From the IMG/VR virus record IMGVR_UViG_3300032373_000038, positions 1 to 41,954 of that record: 41,954 nt of DNA; one strand, written 5' to 3'. The notes beneath the pieces were generated by a model, which was given only the letters and a program-made list of their open reading frames with translations, did not search any database and had not been told where the DNA came from. The stretch's first letter is position 1. The number at the start of each line of letters is the position of its first letter. This stretch comes from a virus (lineage: Duplodnaviria > Caudoviricetes). Made by a program: the position numbers and the translations under genes. Positions 8,494-16,813 of the stretch are shown here, piece after piece.

Positions 8494-9093
8494 TTAGTTG
8501 CTAGGGTCTATTAATGAGTCCCTAATGCAGTCGGGAAGATTCGATCTAGCATCGACCTGATTCATTATTTCTGTCGCTAAGTCATGTAATTTGACGCGAC
8601 GCCGATTTGATTCTGTAGCTAGGAATTTTTTGGCGTCATTAACGGACAGGCCAAGGCGACAGCAAATGATTGCAATAGCTCCCGATAGGGCGCGTGAGTT
8701 CTCAACAGCCGACTCAAGCGCTGTGACGCGCCGAACATAGCGCAGACCCACTTTCACAGAGGCTAGCACTTGCTGTAGCTGAATCGGTTTATCAATATAA
8801 CCAACTGAGCCAAGGCGATCCCACTCAGCAATAATACCGTCGTCCCTGGCTGCCGTTGTGCCAATGAATGCTGTACCAAGATTATTTAACTCAACAGCAA
8901 GCTCAAGGCCTGACATTCCAGGCATCATGCAATCTATGATAGCTACATCAACATGGTTTGTTGCGATAATAGCTAGCGCTTCTGCACCGCTGCTAGCTTC
9001 AATAACAATGCATCCATTTTTTTCTAATAAAAGCCGAAGCGGCGCTCGCCCCATTTCTTCATCATCAACAATCAATATTACAGAGTTACGCAT
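8494..9093 (-). CDS. Response regulator, REC plus ANTAR domain
   Basis: REC: IVDDEE, phospho-acceptor IIDCMMPGMSG, TTA, DKP. C-terminus SRALSGAIAIICCRLGLSVNDAKKFLATESNRRRVKLHDLATEI has the three-helix ANTAR pattern. Confidence 0.82.
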   Translation of the reverse strand: MRNSVILIVDDEEMGRAPLRLLLEKNGCIVIEASSGAEALAIIATNHVDVAIIDCMMPGMSGLELAVELNNLGTAFIGTTAARDDGIIAEWDRLGSVGYIDKPIQLQQVLASVKVGLRYVRRVTALESAVENSRALSGAIAIICCRLGLSVNDAKKFLATESNRRRVKLHDLATEIMNQVDARSNLPDCIRDSLIDPSN

Positions 9094-9181
9094 ACAGTCA
9101 CCTCTGTATGTGTAACGTCATGTATAACAAATGACTACAGTAAATAATTGTTACTAGATGATTTTACTAAAATTATCGTGG

Positions 9182-9706
9182 CTATCCGGCAAAGCGGGCA
9201 AGGCGAGCAATCCACTCGGGGTCTTGGGCCTTCCCTTGGCGTTTGGCGTCATCAAATAATAACGCTATCAGCTCAGATTCCTTATCGTCGGGCAGCTTAA
9301 TGCCGCGCTCTTTGAGCACTTCTTTTGTGACCTTCATTACAGCTAGCAGCAGGTCATTCTCGCTTGCGTAGCCGTAGGCTGTGGTGCTTTCCTGGGCCAA
9401 GGGTGGTGTTGCAGACTGACTTGATGGCTGTTCTGTCTGGGTTAAATAGGCGACATCAGGCCTAATGTCCGAAGGAGCGACGCCGAAGAATTTCGCAAAC
9501 TTCAGCGTTGCCTGAACACCCAAAGGAGTGAGGCAATTCAGGTAATGACTGAATGCACCTTGGGACATGTCCAGGGACTCAGCCGCCTTCTCTTGGCTAA
9601 GCTTTCTCATGTTTTTTGATTTTCTTTTTGCCTGCAGGCGGCTCCACAGCTCACGCAACACTGACGCAGCTAATTCGTCTTCTTTCGTAATTTCTTTCTT
9701 TGCCAT
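9182..9706 (-). CDS. cI: CI-like repressor (XRE HTH, no S24 peptidase domain); start revised to ATG 9706
   Basis: LSQEKAAESLDMSQGAFSHYLN HTH; divergent from cro; C-terminus is a short helical domain. Confidence 0.85.
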   Translation of the reverse strand: MAKKEITKEDELAASVLRELWSRLQAKRKSKNMRKLSQEKAAESLDMSQGAFSHYLNCLTPLGVQATLKFAKFFGVAPSDIRPDVAYLTQTEQPSSQSATPPLAQESTTAYGYASENDLLLAVMKVTKEVLKERGIKLPDDKESELIALLFDDAKRQGKAQDPEWIARLARFAG

Positions 9707-9782
9707 ATTAGCGATCCTAATATATCTGTGCTTAATTACAATTAGCCTAGGTATTGACAAAAACATTAGCCGCACTAATACT
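9707..9782. promoter_or_regulatory. OR region: three operators, PR and PRM
   Basis: ATTAG-N5-CTAAT at 9707-9721 and 9765-9779, degenerate copy at 9741-9755; PR TTGACA (9754-9759) with -10 TAATACT (9776-9782); PRM on minus TTGTAA-16 bp-TAGGAT ending 7 nt before the cI ATG. Confidence 0.85.
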
Positions 9783-9810
9783 TAGAGGACACGAACGGAG
9801 AGAGACTTCA

Positions 9811-10044
9811 ATGAACATTAATGAATACCTTGAGCGCGACAGTAATAGTCAAACAAGGCTGTCGTCGATGCTAGATAAAGATCACGGTCCTGGTGCGACC
9901 CAGGGAGCAATTAGTCAGTGGACCAAGCTTGGAGTCCCTCCTGGTCGCTGGACCCAAATGGAGAGAGTTAGCGAAGGAGAAATGACGATGCGCGACTTAG
10001 CCGATGAATACGATTTTCTTCAGCAAAAGTCGTCATGTGCTTAA
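9811..10044 (+). CDS. cro: Cro-like (YdaS-type) HTH protein; start revised to ATG 9811
   Basis: TQGAISQW...VPPGRWTQMERVSEGEMTMRDL; GGAG upstream; first gene after PR. Confidence 0.82.
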   Translation: MNINEYLERDSNSQTRLSSMLDKDHGPGATQGAISQWTKLGVPPGRWTQMERVSEGEMTMRDLADEYDFLQQKSSCA

Positions 10045-10093
10045 CCCAATCCTCACCGTTAACCCATCATGCCAACCCCAGGAGATTCCCACA

Positions 10094-10561
10094 GTGGAAA
10101 CTGAAAACGATTACACGCCGGACATGGATGATTTTTATGTCGCACTCCATCAAGAAGCCAAATCCACGAAGGGTGGCATCTCAGGTATTGCCCGAAAGCT
10201 GGGTATGACACCCAAGACCTTAATCAATTATTTAGCGCCCTACGATGACACGCATCAGCCGCGAGTTAATGAGCTAATTGCCACCATGCACAACGTAAGT
10301 GATGTGTCTGTTGCCTTGGATGTGTTTTGTCAGATGTTTGGTTATGCGCTTAAGACTCATACCACTGATAAGCACGACAACATGTATGAGGCCACCCTGA
10401 GCGCGATTAATGAGGTAACAGACATATCGCGTCGCCTTATTGAGTTTAAGAACAATGACGGCTTTTTAGATGCGAATGAGAAGCTAATGATTCGCAAAGA
10501 AATACAAGAGGCAGAACGGGAATTGGCCAAGCTCAAAAACACATTGAATGCGGAGGATTAG
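10094..10561 (+). CDS. cII: Phage regulatory CII-family protein (start probably GTG 10094)
   Basis: GGISGIARKLGMTPKTLINYL...H motif and C-terminal DGxxDxxE; AGGAG RBS; follows cro. Confidence 0.78.
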   Translation: METENDYTPDMDDFYVALHQEAKSTKGGISGIARKLGMTPKTLINYLAPYDDTHQPRVNELIATMHNVSDVSVALDVFCQMFGYALKTHTTDKHDNMYEATLSAINEVTDISRRLIEFKNNDGFLDANEKLMIRKEIQEAERELAKLKNTLNAED

Positions 10562-10564
10562 ACC

Positions 10565-10696
10565 ATGGATGTCAGCACTGAATTTACGTTTCTTATCTTC
10601 TTTATTATCGGCCTTGTTGTTGTTGCGGCGCTCTTGCTTGGGGTTCTGGCTGAGGCGGTGATTGATGATGTTTTTAACGGTTCTGAAGAAGATTAA
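10565..10696 (+). CDS. Small single-TM protein (43 aa, not in ORF track)
   Basis: MDVSTEFTFLIFFIIGLVVVAALLLGVLAEAVIDDVFNGSEED; GGAGG RBS; fills the cII-replication gap. Confidence 0.6.
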   Translation: MDVSTEFTFLIFFIIGLVVVAALLLGVLAEAVIDDVFNGSEED

Positions 10697-10710
10697 GGGC
10701 GAACAAGGGT

Positions 10711-11562
10711 ATGGCCAGACCAACAAAGCAGGGTATCGATTACTTCCCGATTGATTGTCAGTTTGACGACAAGATCGAGATGTATTTAATCGAAAAAGGG
10801 GCGACTGGCCTAGGTGTTTTGGTCACGCTTTGGCAGATGATTTATAGCAATGAAGGCTACTACATTGGTAACAATATTGACCTGCACTTGCTAATAAAAA
10901 GAAAAATAGATGTCGACGTAAACGAGGTTTCCGACTGCATTAACGTGTGTTTACGCCGGAATATATTTGACAGCGAAAAGCACGAAGAACATGAAATATT
11001 GACCTCGAAGGCTATTCAAAAGCGTTTTTTTGACGCTGCGAAAAAGAAGAAAACAGTGGCTGTAATAGAAGATTACGTTATTAACTCGGTTAATTCCGGC
11101 GGAAACTGGGTTTATGTTTGCGGAAATGCCACAAATGTAAATGTAGATGTAAAAGTAAATAAAAAAATAAACAAAAAAAATCCCGAAACCGAAAAGCCGG
11201 TTTCTGCTTCGCTTGATGACGAAGGAAAAAAACCAAAACCATCCCCAGTCCTGTTGAAGACCTATCTCGATGAATGTGATCAAGCCGGAACAAAACCCAT
11301 ACCGCCTGACGACAAGATTTTTGATTACGAAAGCGAAATCAATTTGCCAGACGGGTATTTGGGTTTGTGCTGGACCGTGTTCAAGGACGACTACACCAAC
11401 CCCGACAAAACTGGCAAGAAAAAATACACGGACTGGAAGGCTCATTTTCGAAATTATGTCCGCAAGAATTACCACAAGCTCTGGTGGCTAAACCCTCATG
11501 GCAAGTACCAGCTGACCACCGTCGGCATGCAAGCGGCCAGGGAGCACGGAATCAATGTCTGA
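10711..11562 (+). CDS. Replication initiator (DUF4373/Lin1244-like N-terminus)
   Basis: MARPTKQGIDYFPID...GYY, ILTSKAIQKRF; directly upstream of and overlapping dnaB. Confidence 0.8.
   Translation: MARPTKQGIDYFPIDCQFDDKIEMYLIEKGATGLGVLVTLWQMIYSNEGYYIGNNIDLHLLIKRKIDVDVNEVSDCINVCLRRNIFDSEKHEEHEILTSKAIQKRFFDAAKKKKTVAVIEDYVINSVNSGGNWVYVCGNATNVNVDVKVNKKINKKNPETEKPVSASLDDEGKKPKPSPVLLKTYLDECDQAGTKPIPPDDKIFDYESEINLPDGYLGLCWTVFKDDYTNPDKTGKKKYTDWKAHFRNYVRKNYHKLWWLNPHGKYQLTTVGMQAAREHGINV
11088..11190. other. Possible replication origin within the initiator gene
   Basis: Two imperfect 21-bp-spaced repeats (GGTTWAT...GCGGAAA at 11088 and 11109), then ATGTA repeats and an A-rich tract. Confidence 0.4.
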
Positions 11563-12979
11563 GTCAACGCCAAACACCATGCCTGAGTTTGCCCCCGTTG
11601 ACGGCGCAATGATTAAACCGCTGTGCAGCGTTGAGTCTGAGCAAATGATTTTGGGTGCAGTGATGATGTGGTCCGATTGCTGGGAGCGCGTGGTGGGCAC
11701 TGTGAGTGAGAGTGATTTCTTTCGCAAAGACCACAGGATTGTTTTTTCTGCACTGACTGCGCTCGCTCGCGGCGATGGTGCAACGGATGTGGTTGCAGTT
11801 CATGAGCACCTGGAAAGGGCAGGGCAAGCCGATACGGTGGGTGGATTGTCTTACTTGGCCAACATCGCGAACAATACGCCTGGGTCGTCGAATGTTCGAC
11901 ACTACGCCAAAGTTGTTCGCGATTACGCGATTCGTCGTCAACTGGTTGCTGATGCCCATGATTTGATCGAGGCCGTACATGGCAGCGAGGAGCTGCCCGT
12001 AATTGTGAATGATGCACAGCACCGCATTACCTCCATCACGACCTCTGAGAAAACCACGCAGCCGAAAAAGGCCAGCGAGTACATGACAGGGGTCAACGAG
12101 GAAATTCAAAAACGGTTTGATTGTGAGGATAGCGTTGTCGGTTTGTCGACGGGCTGGGTTGATCTGGATAAAAAATTGGCCGGTCTTCATCCAGGGCATT
12201 TGGTGATTGTGGCTGGCCGCCCATCGATGGGAAAGACTACGTTTGCCATGAACATGATCGAGCATGCGGCCGTTACGCTACGCGAAAAAAGCTTGGTGTT
12301 TTCGATGGAAATGCCAGCCAATGAATTACTTGATCGCTGCATATCCTCGACCGGCAATATTCTTCATGACCATATCCGTACAGGCCGGCTTGATGATGCA
12401 GACTGGGCAAGCCTTGCCCGGGTTAATGCTGAGCTTTCAGATGCGCCGTTAATTATCGATGAAACTCCTAACTTGAGTGTGCATGAGTTATGCGCTCGTG
12501 CTCGTCGTGTGGCTCGCGACGGTGCCTTGTCGTTGATTATGATCGACTACTTGCAGTTAATGCGGATCAAAGGCCAGAACGTCACTTTCGAAATTGGCGA
12601 GATCACTCGACAGCTCAAATCACTAGCGAAGGAGTTAAGCGTTCCTGTAGTGCTGCTTTCACAGCTCAATCGCAGCCTTGAGAATCGCCCGAACAAGCGA
12701 CCCATGATGTCGGATCTACGTGATTCAGGCTCTATCGAGCAAGATGCTGATGTGATTATTTTCCCCTACCGCGATGAAGTTTATGACGCGTACACGCCGG
12801 ATAAAGGCGTTGCTGAAATTCTGATCGCAAAGCAAAGGGGTGGCGAAATTAGCGCTGTGAAACTGGCGTTCCAGGGTCAGTTCGTGCGATTCGTCAATTA
12901 CGCACCAGAAATTTTACCTTTGCCACTTGAGCGCCCTGAAGCCCATCGGCCTTATGCGAAAAAGAATGGCCTGGATTAA
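11555..12979 (+). CDS. dnaB: Replicative DNA helicase
   Basis: Walker A GRPSMGKT, FSMEM, IDYLQLM, LSQLNR, SDLRDSGSIEQDAD. Confidence 0.96.
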   Translation: MSESTPNTMPEFAPVDGAMIKPLCSVESEQMILGAVMMWSDCWERVVGTVSESDFFRKDHRIVFSALTALARGDGATDVVAVHEHLERAGQADTVGGLSYLANIANNTPGSSNVRHYAKVVRDYAIRRQLVADAHDLIEAVHGSEELPVIVNDAQHRITSITTSEKTTQPKKASEYMTGVNEEIQKRFDCEDSVVGLSTGWVDLDKKLAGLHPGHLVIVAGRPSMGKTTFAMNMIEHAAVTLREKSLVFSMEMPANELLDRCISSTGNILHDHIRTGRLDDADWASLARVNAELSDAPLIIDETPNLSVHELCARARRVARDGALSLIMIDYLQLMRIKGQNVTFEIGEITRQLKSLAKELSVPVVLLSQLNRSLENRPNKRPMMSDLRDSGSIEQDADVIIFPYRDEVYDAYTPDKGVAEILIAKQRGGEISAVKLAFQGQFVRFVNYAPEILPLPLERPEAHRPYAKKNGLD

Positions 12980-12995
12980 CCGAGAGGATGAACCC

Positions 12996-13163
12996 ATGAA
13001 ACCCAATCACGTACAGCAAATTTCTTACGGTCGACCCGTGACTGGCAAGAAGACCAGAGAGTTAACCGATGATCAGCGAACAGCATGCAAGCGACGTAAG
13101 CGTATGAACGACCTTCAGACCAATCAAGAAATGAAAAAGCAGGTTTTAGAGGTTTGGGATTAA
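12996..13163 (+). CDS. Small basic hypothetical protein
   Basis: GAGG RBS before ATG 12996; ends EVWD. Confidence 0.55.
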   Translation: MKPNHVQQISYGRPVTGKKTRELTDDQRTACKRRKRMNDLQTNQEMKKQVLEVWD

Positions 13164-13213
13164 CACCGTTATTTGCCCTGTTTTTGTTGGGCTGAAAATT
13201 TTAGGGTAGCGAC

Positions 13214-13327
13214 ATGATATTCAAATACATCTGCAAAAAGTGCGAGAAAGTTTATTACTCAAAAGCACCTGGCAACCCTTGCGTTAACTGTGGGTGCATG
13301 GAGTACAGCGAAGAGAGGCGTGGTTAG
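13214..13327 (+). CDS. Small zinc-finger protein (37 aa, not in ORF track)
   Basis: MIFKYICKKCEKVYYSKAPGNPCVNCGCMEYSEERRG with two CxxC motifs; stops 2 nt before rusA. Confidence 0.6.
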   Translation: MIFKYICKKCEKVYYSKAPGNPCVNCGCMEYSEERRG

Positions 13328-13329
13328 TT

Positions 13330-13815
13330 ATGAGCGAGATCATCACTATTTCAATTTCTGGCCAGCCCGTGGCCAAGGGGCGACCTCAGTTTGTAAAGGC
13401 AACAGGGATTGCTATTACGCCGAAGAAAACCAGGGCGTGGGAAAAGGATGCTCGCCAAGTAGCCAGAATGCAGATGAGTGGGCGAAAACCGATCGAGGGG
13501 CCGGTACAACTTACAGTCATCGCGTTCTTTGTGCCATCGATGTCATGGCCTACCTGGAAACAAGAAGCAGCCTTGAATGGTCAGGTGGTGCATACAGCAA
13601 AACCAGATTTAGACAATCTTGTGAAGGCGGCCAAGGACGCCATGAACGGGATTGTTTGGCTTGATGATGCGCAAGTTGCTTCATCGTCAGAGCGTAAGTG
13701 TTATGGCGACCGGCCTGGCGTCGTGATCACTGCTCAGAAGTTAGACCTTTTGCCTTCGCAGGTAAAAACACGGGCCGCATTCACTCAATTCATTAACTCC
13801 CAAAAGGACAAGTAA
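13330..13815 (+). CDS. rusA: RusA-family Holliday junction resolvase (start ATG 13330)
   Basis: GQPVAKGRP, KPDLDNLVKAAKDAMNGIVWLDDAQV. Confidence 0.92.
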   Translation: MSEIITISISGQPVAKGRPQFVKATGIAITPKKTRAWEKDARQVARMQMSGRKPIEGPVQLTVIAFFVPSMSWPTWKQEAALNGQVVHTAKPDLDNLVKAAKDAMNGIVWLDDAQVASSSERKCYGDRPGVVITAQKLDLLPSQVKTRAAFTQFINSQKDK

Positions 13816-13817
13816 TT

Positions 13818-14294
13818 ATGACAACCGTAACCCAATTACCGGCCGCAGTAAGTGATGCTGATGTTGATTCAGCCCGTAAAGCGCTAGAAGGAAATGGCCG
13901 CGCCTTTGATGAGCCTGGCGTACTGGATGGTACGGAAAGCTCGCAAGCTGAAATGGAAGAAAATGAGAAGGTTCAGGTCCAGAAAATTGAAGGTGATAAT
14001 TTACCCGAAGTACCTAAGCCAGGCTTAGAAATCAATAAGTTCATCATGGATAAAAAGGCTGCGATGGATGAAATCAATCAGGAGCGAGCCAAGCTCAATG
14101 CAGATGCTTCTTTGATTCGTGAAGAACTTAAAAGCGAAGGCATTGACGTAGCGACGTTTGAGTATCAATGCAAGCTAATTGACATGGATGAAGACAAACG
14201 TCTTCGCGTTGACCAGACGAGTCGCCTGGTTCGTGCTGCTGCGGGCAAGAATATTCAAGACGATTTATTTACATCTACCGAAACAAAGCACTAA
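13818..14294 (+). CDS. GapR/DUF2312-like DNA-binding protein with acidic N-terminal extension
   Basis: INQERAKLNADASLIREELKSEGIDVATF...KLIDMDEDKR resembles GapR [25 protein letters not shown]...RLRKxD. Confidence 0.55.
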   Translation: MTTVTQLPAAVSDADVDSARKALEGNGRAFDEPGVLDGTESSQAEMEENEKVQVQKIEGDNLPEVPKPGLEINKFIMDKKAAMDEINQERAKLNADASLIREELKSEGIDVATFEYQCKLIDMDEDKRLRVDQTSRLVRAAAGKNIQDDLFTSTETKH

Positions 14295-14297
14295 GTT

Positions 14298-14942
14298 ATG
14301 CTTTCTCACATCGATTATTGGTTGGATGTGTGGGCTAACTGGAGTCGGGGCCGTAGTGATAACGGCCTTGGCTCTAGCAGTAGCTCGCCCGAGTACCGAA
14401 TGATGACCGAAAACAAAGACACTACGAGCAAGTTTAAGCATCGCGGTAGTAAGCACATGTTGAATGTTGGCACTGAACAACATAAGCGTTTTGTTCAGCG
14501 TGATATCGATCACATGCGATGTGTTGAGAGTCGTGGCAAGTATCGGGAGTCGATTCCAGATAATCCCGTTGCTGAAATGATGGAGGATGCTGTAAATCAT
14601 CTTCGCAGCCCAATGTTTAAAGATGTAATTTTACTTAAATATCAATCGCAGTTTGGAACTCCTGTGTGTGCGAATTTAATGAAGATCAGTAAGGGTAAGT
14701 TTTTGATCATGCTTGGACAGATTCATGAGTCGCTTGATACGTATTTGAGGGCACATAATCCGGAGCAAGTGCATGAGGTTGTGACTGTTTACTCTGAGTT
14801 ATTTAATGAGCGTGAAGAGGCTATGGAGGAGGAGTGGCAAGCCAGTATTGAGCGCTTTGATGTGAGCGCTGCAGGTTTGACTGAAGGAGAGAAGGCGAAG
14901 CTGAGGGTTGTGCTGATGATTGAGGGAAGGTTGCGAAAATGA
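14298..14942 (+). CDS. Q-like late antiterminator
   Basis: IDYWLDVWANW N-terminus, C-terminal sigma-4-like HTH, position after rusA, and a PR'-like promoter downstream. Confidence 0.65.
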   Translation: MLSHIDYWLDVWANWSRGRSDNGLGSSSSSPEYRMMTENKDTTSKFKHRGSKHMLNVGTEQHKRFVQRDIDHMRCVESRGKYRESIPDNPVAEMMEDAVNHLRSPMFKDVILLKYQSQFGTPVCANLMKISKGKFLIMLGQIHESLDTYLRAHNPEQVHEVVTVYSELFNEREEAMEEEWQASIERFDVSAAGLTEGEKAKLRVVLMIEGRLRK

Positions 14943-14957
14943 AGCCGCTTGTTATGT
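14939..14957 (-). mobile_element. Truncated attC (R''-spacer-L'' only)
   Basis: Minus strand ACATAAC-AAGCG-GCTTCATT matches the start of the four intact attC sites; no partner arm found. Confidence 0.55.
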
Positions 14958-14984
14958 GTCGTTCTAAATTAATTTAAAAACCCC

Positions 14985-15013
14985 TTTCGATACGACAATG
15001 TGTCGTATATAAT
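14985..15013 (+). promoter_or_regulatory. Sigma70-type promoter with palindromic operator
   Basis: TTTCGA-17 bp-TATAAT; ATACGACA-ATG-TGTCGTAT palindrome (14990-15008) fills the spacer. Confidence 0.75.
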
Positions 15014-15054
15014 GTATTCACAGTCAGAGAGAAAACAACGCAAGGAGAGATCAA

Positions 15055-15387
15055 ATGTACGAGACACGTGACGAGCTTGTAGAGCAACTATATAAGGATC
15101 TAAAAGAGGGAAAGTATACCGACTCATACTATGGAAAATTATTGACTAGTCCGTCTTTTTTTGAAGAAGAAGCAAGAGTGAAATGTGAAAAAGCAAAGAA
15201 GGAAGTAGAGCAGTTCTTAGCTGACACTAAGCCCGGCGACAAAATGTACGGTGAAGAATTTTCAGAAATATACACAGAAAAAAGCTATAAGCAACAAATA
15301 GAAAATATAGAAAGACGTGCAAATATTGATAATCAAAGGGAATGGCTAAAAACAACGGCAGAGAACATAATTTTAGGACTTGAGTAA
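15055..15387 (+). CDS. Hypothetical protein (A-rich accessory module)
   Basis: AAGGAG RBS; 110 aa; no recognised family. Confidence 0.75.
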   Translation: MYETRDELVEQLYKDLKEGKYTDSYYGKLLTSPSFFEEEARVKCEKAKKEVEQFLADTKPGDKMYGEEFSEIYTEKSYKQQIENIERRANIDNQREWLKTTAENIILGLE

Positions 15388-15439
15388 CAACCTTAAACCA
15401 ACGCGGCCGGCCAATTTGGCCGGCTTCTGAGGCAATAAA

Positions 15440-16009
15440 ATGAAATTCAAAATAGTATTTTTCCCATATTCGGAAAAAGCAGGCCTCGATTTATTGGACG
15501 AATACGAGCGATTAAATTTTCCAGAGCATCAGCGTAAAAATAAATTCGAAGCAGGTGGCGCCGATATTGATGTCCCGATTGAAGTAGCGAGACTATTAAG
15601 CAATATCTTTCATGACTCAACAACTGCACACATACATATCGATAGCTCTCTAACCTCGGCTGACAGTTGGGAAGAAGATCATTACGACGTAATGCGACTC
15701 AAGAAAATAGACCTTTCTGAACTGACATGCAAAATGCTAACAGCAAATAGGAAGCAACTCGAACACAAGAAAGCAGGATTCGATACGTTTTTCGAGCATG
15801 AAAATGCTAACGACAATATCGAGCTTGACGCAACTGAAAAACAAACAATTAAAACAACATTAAAAAAACGTGGCATCACTGAAAAAGATATCGATTTTGC
15901 AATTCAAAAAACAACAAATCAGAAGACTCTAAGAAGAAAAATAGATGAAATAAAAACTATTAAAACGCTAGAACTCGCAATTGAAACAGCGGGAGAACGA
16001 AAAAAATGA
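15440..16009 (+). CDS. Hypothetical protein (A-rich accessory module)
   Basis: GAGG RBS after a GCCGGCCA/TGGCCGGC hairpin; ATGA overlap with the next gene. Confidence 0.75.
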   Translation: MKFKIVFFPYSEKAGLDLLDEYERLNFPEHQRKNKFEAGGADIDVPIEVARLLSNIFHDSTTAHIHIDSSLTSADSWEEDHYDVMRLKKIDLSELTCKMLTANRKQLEHKKAGFDTFFEHENANDNIELDATEKQTIKTTLKKRGITEKDIDFAIQKTTNQKTLRRKIDEIKTIKTLELAIETAGERKK

Positions 16010-16254
16010 ACAAAGCAACCGAAGTGCGTAAGGCATTGGGCCTCACACAAAAGGAGGCTGGTGAATTGTTCGCTGGTCAAGCTGGGCAAAATGCTAGCGA
16101 CACATGGGGCCGATGGGAACGGACGGAAAAATGGCCCAAGCCCGCAGACAAGCTCATGACATTAATTCTCGCGTTAAAAGTGGCCGAGAGTTTAAAAACA
16201 CCAGGCGTTAGCAAGGGATTGGAATTTGCACTCAATGAGCTTAGAGAAAAATAA
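16006..16254 (+). CDS. XRE-family HTH regulator
   Basis: VRKALGLTQKEAGELF...TWGRWE. Confidence 0.8.
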   Translation: MNKATEVRKALGLTQKEAGELFAGQAGQNASDTWGRWERTEKWPKPADKLMTLILALKVAESLKTPGVSKGLEFALNELREK

Positions 16255-16261
16255 GGAAAGT

Positions 16262-16316
16262 TGAGCTATTAGGAAATCCCGAATAACTGAGTATTCCGGA
16301 ATTTCCGGATAACTGA
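16262..16316. repeat. Two tandem imperfect palindromes (about 26-bp period)
   Basis: TGAGCTATTAGGAAATCCCGAATAACTGA followed by TGAGTATTCCGGAATTTCCGGATAACTGA. Confidence 0.65.
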
Positions 16317-16323
16317 AGTAGAG

Positions 16324-16408
16324 GCATAACGTTAGGCATAAATTGCGGCCCACTGAAATAGAAAAAGACGCGGCGCGTTCGCCGTCAATTTAATGTCCTT
16401 TGTTATGT
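16324..16408 (-). mobile_element. attC site 1 (85 bp)
   Basis: Minus strand ACATAAC AAAGG ACATTAAATTGACGGC...GCCGCAATTTATGC CTAAC GTTATGC. Confidence 0.85.
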
Positions 16409-16428
16409 GGGCTACGGAGACCAGAACC

Positions 16429-16689
16429 ATGACTAATAAAGTAACAATACAGCAAGTTAATAAATTCAAAGTGACCATAGGTGATAAGACCTATGAAGAT
16501 TTTGAGAAGGTTAGCGAATGGAATGGGATGCTCGAATTTAAAGGGCCAAGCGGAACAATCATTGTTCATAAGGAAGAAGATATGATGGCGACATTTTCAT
16601 CTATATTTGGGAATGTGAAACAGCCAGACGCAACTGATTTTCATATAGCCAAGATATCCCCAGGACTGGTTGATACCACTGCCACATAA
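16429..16689 (+). CDS. Cassette ORF, hypothetical (start ATG 16429)
   Basis: CTACGGAG RBS; stop TAA lies in the core site. Confidence 0.75.
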   Translation: MTNKVTIQQVNKFKVTIGDKTYEDFEKVSEWNGMLEFKGPSGTIIVHKEEDMMATFSSIFGNVKQPDATDFHIAKISPGLVDTTAT

Positions 16690-16813
16690 CGCAAAGCATC
16701 ACGGGCTTGCGGAAATGAGGCCACAAAACTTGGAGCGATTATTGATATGAGCGGGACCACAGAGCTAGAAGCGAACACCGAGGTAGCAAGTCCAGTGGAT
16801 GCGATTGTTAGGC
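16684..16813 (-). mobile_element. attC site 2 (130 bp)
   Basis: Minus strand GCCTAAC AATCG CATCCACTGGACTTGC...GCAAGCCCGTGATGC TTTGC GTTATGT. Confidence 0.88.
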
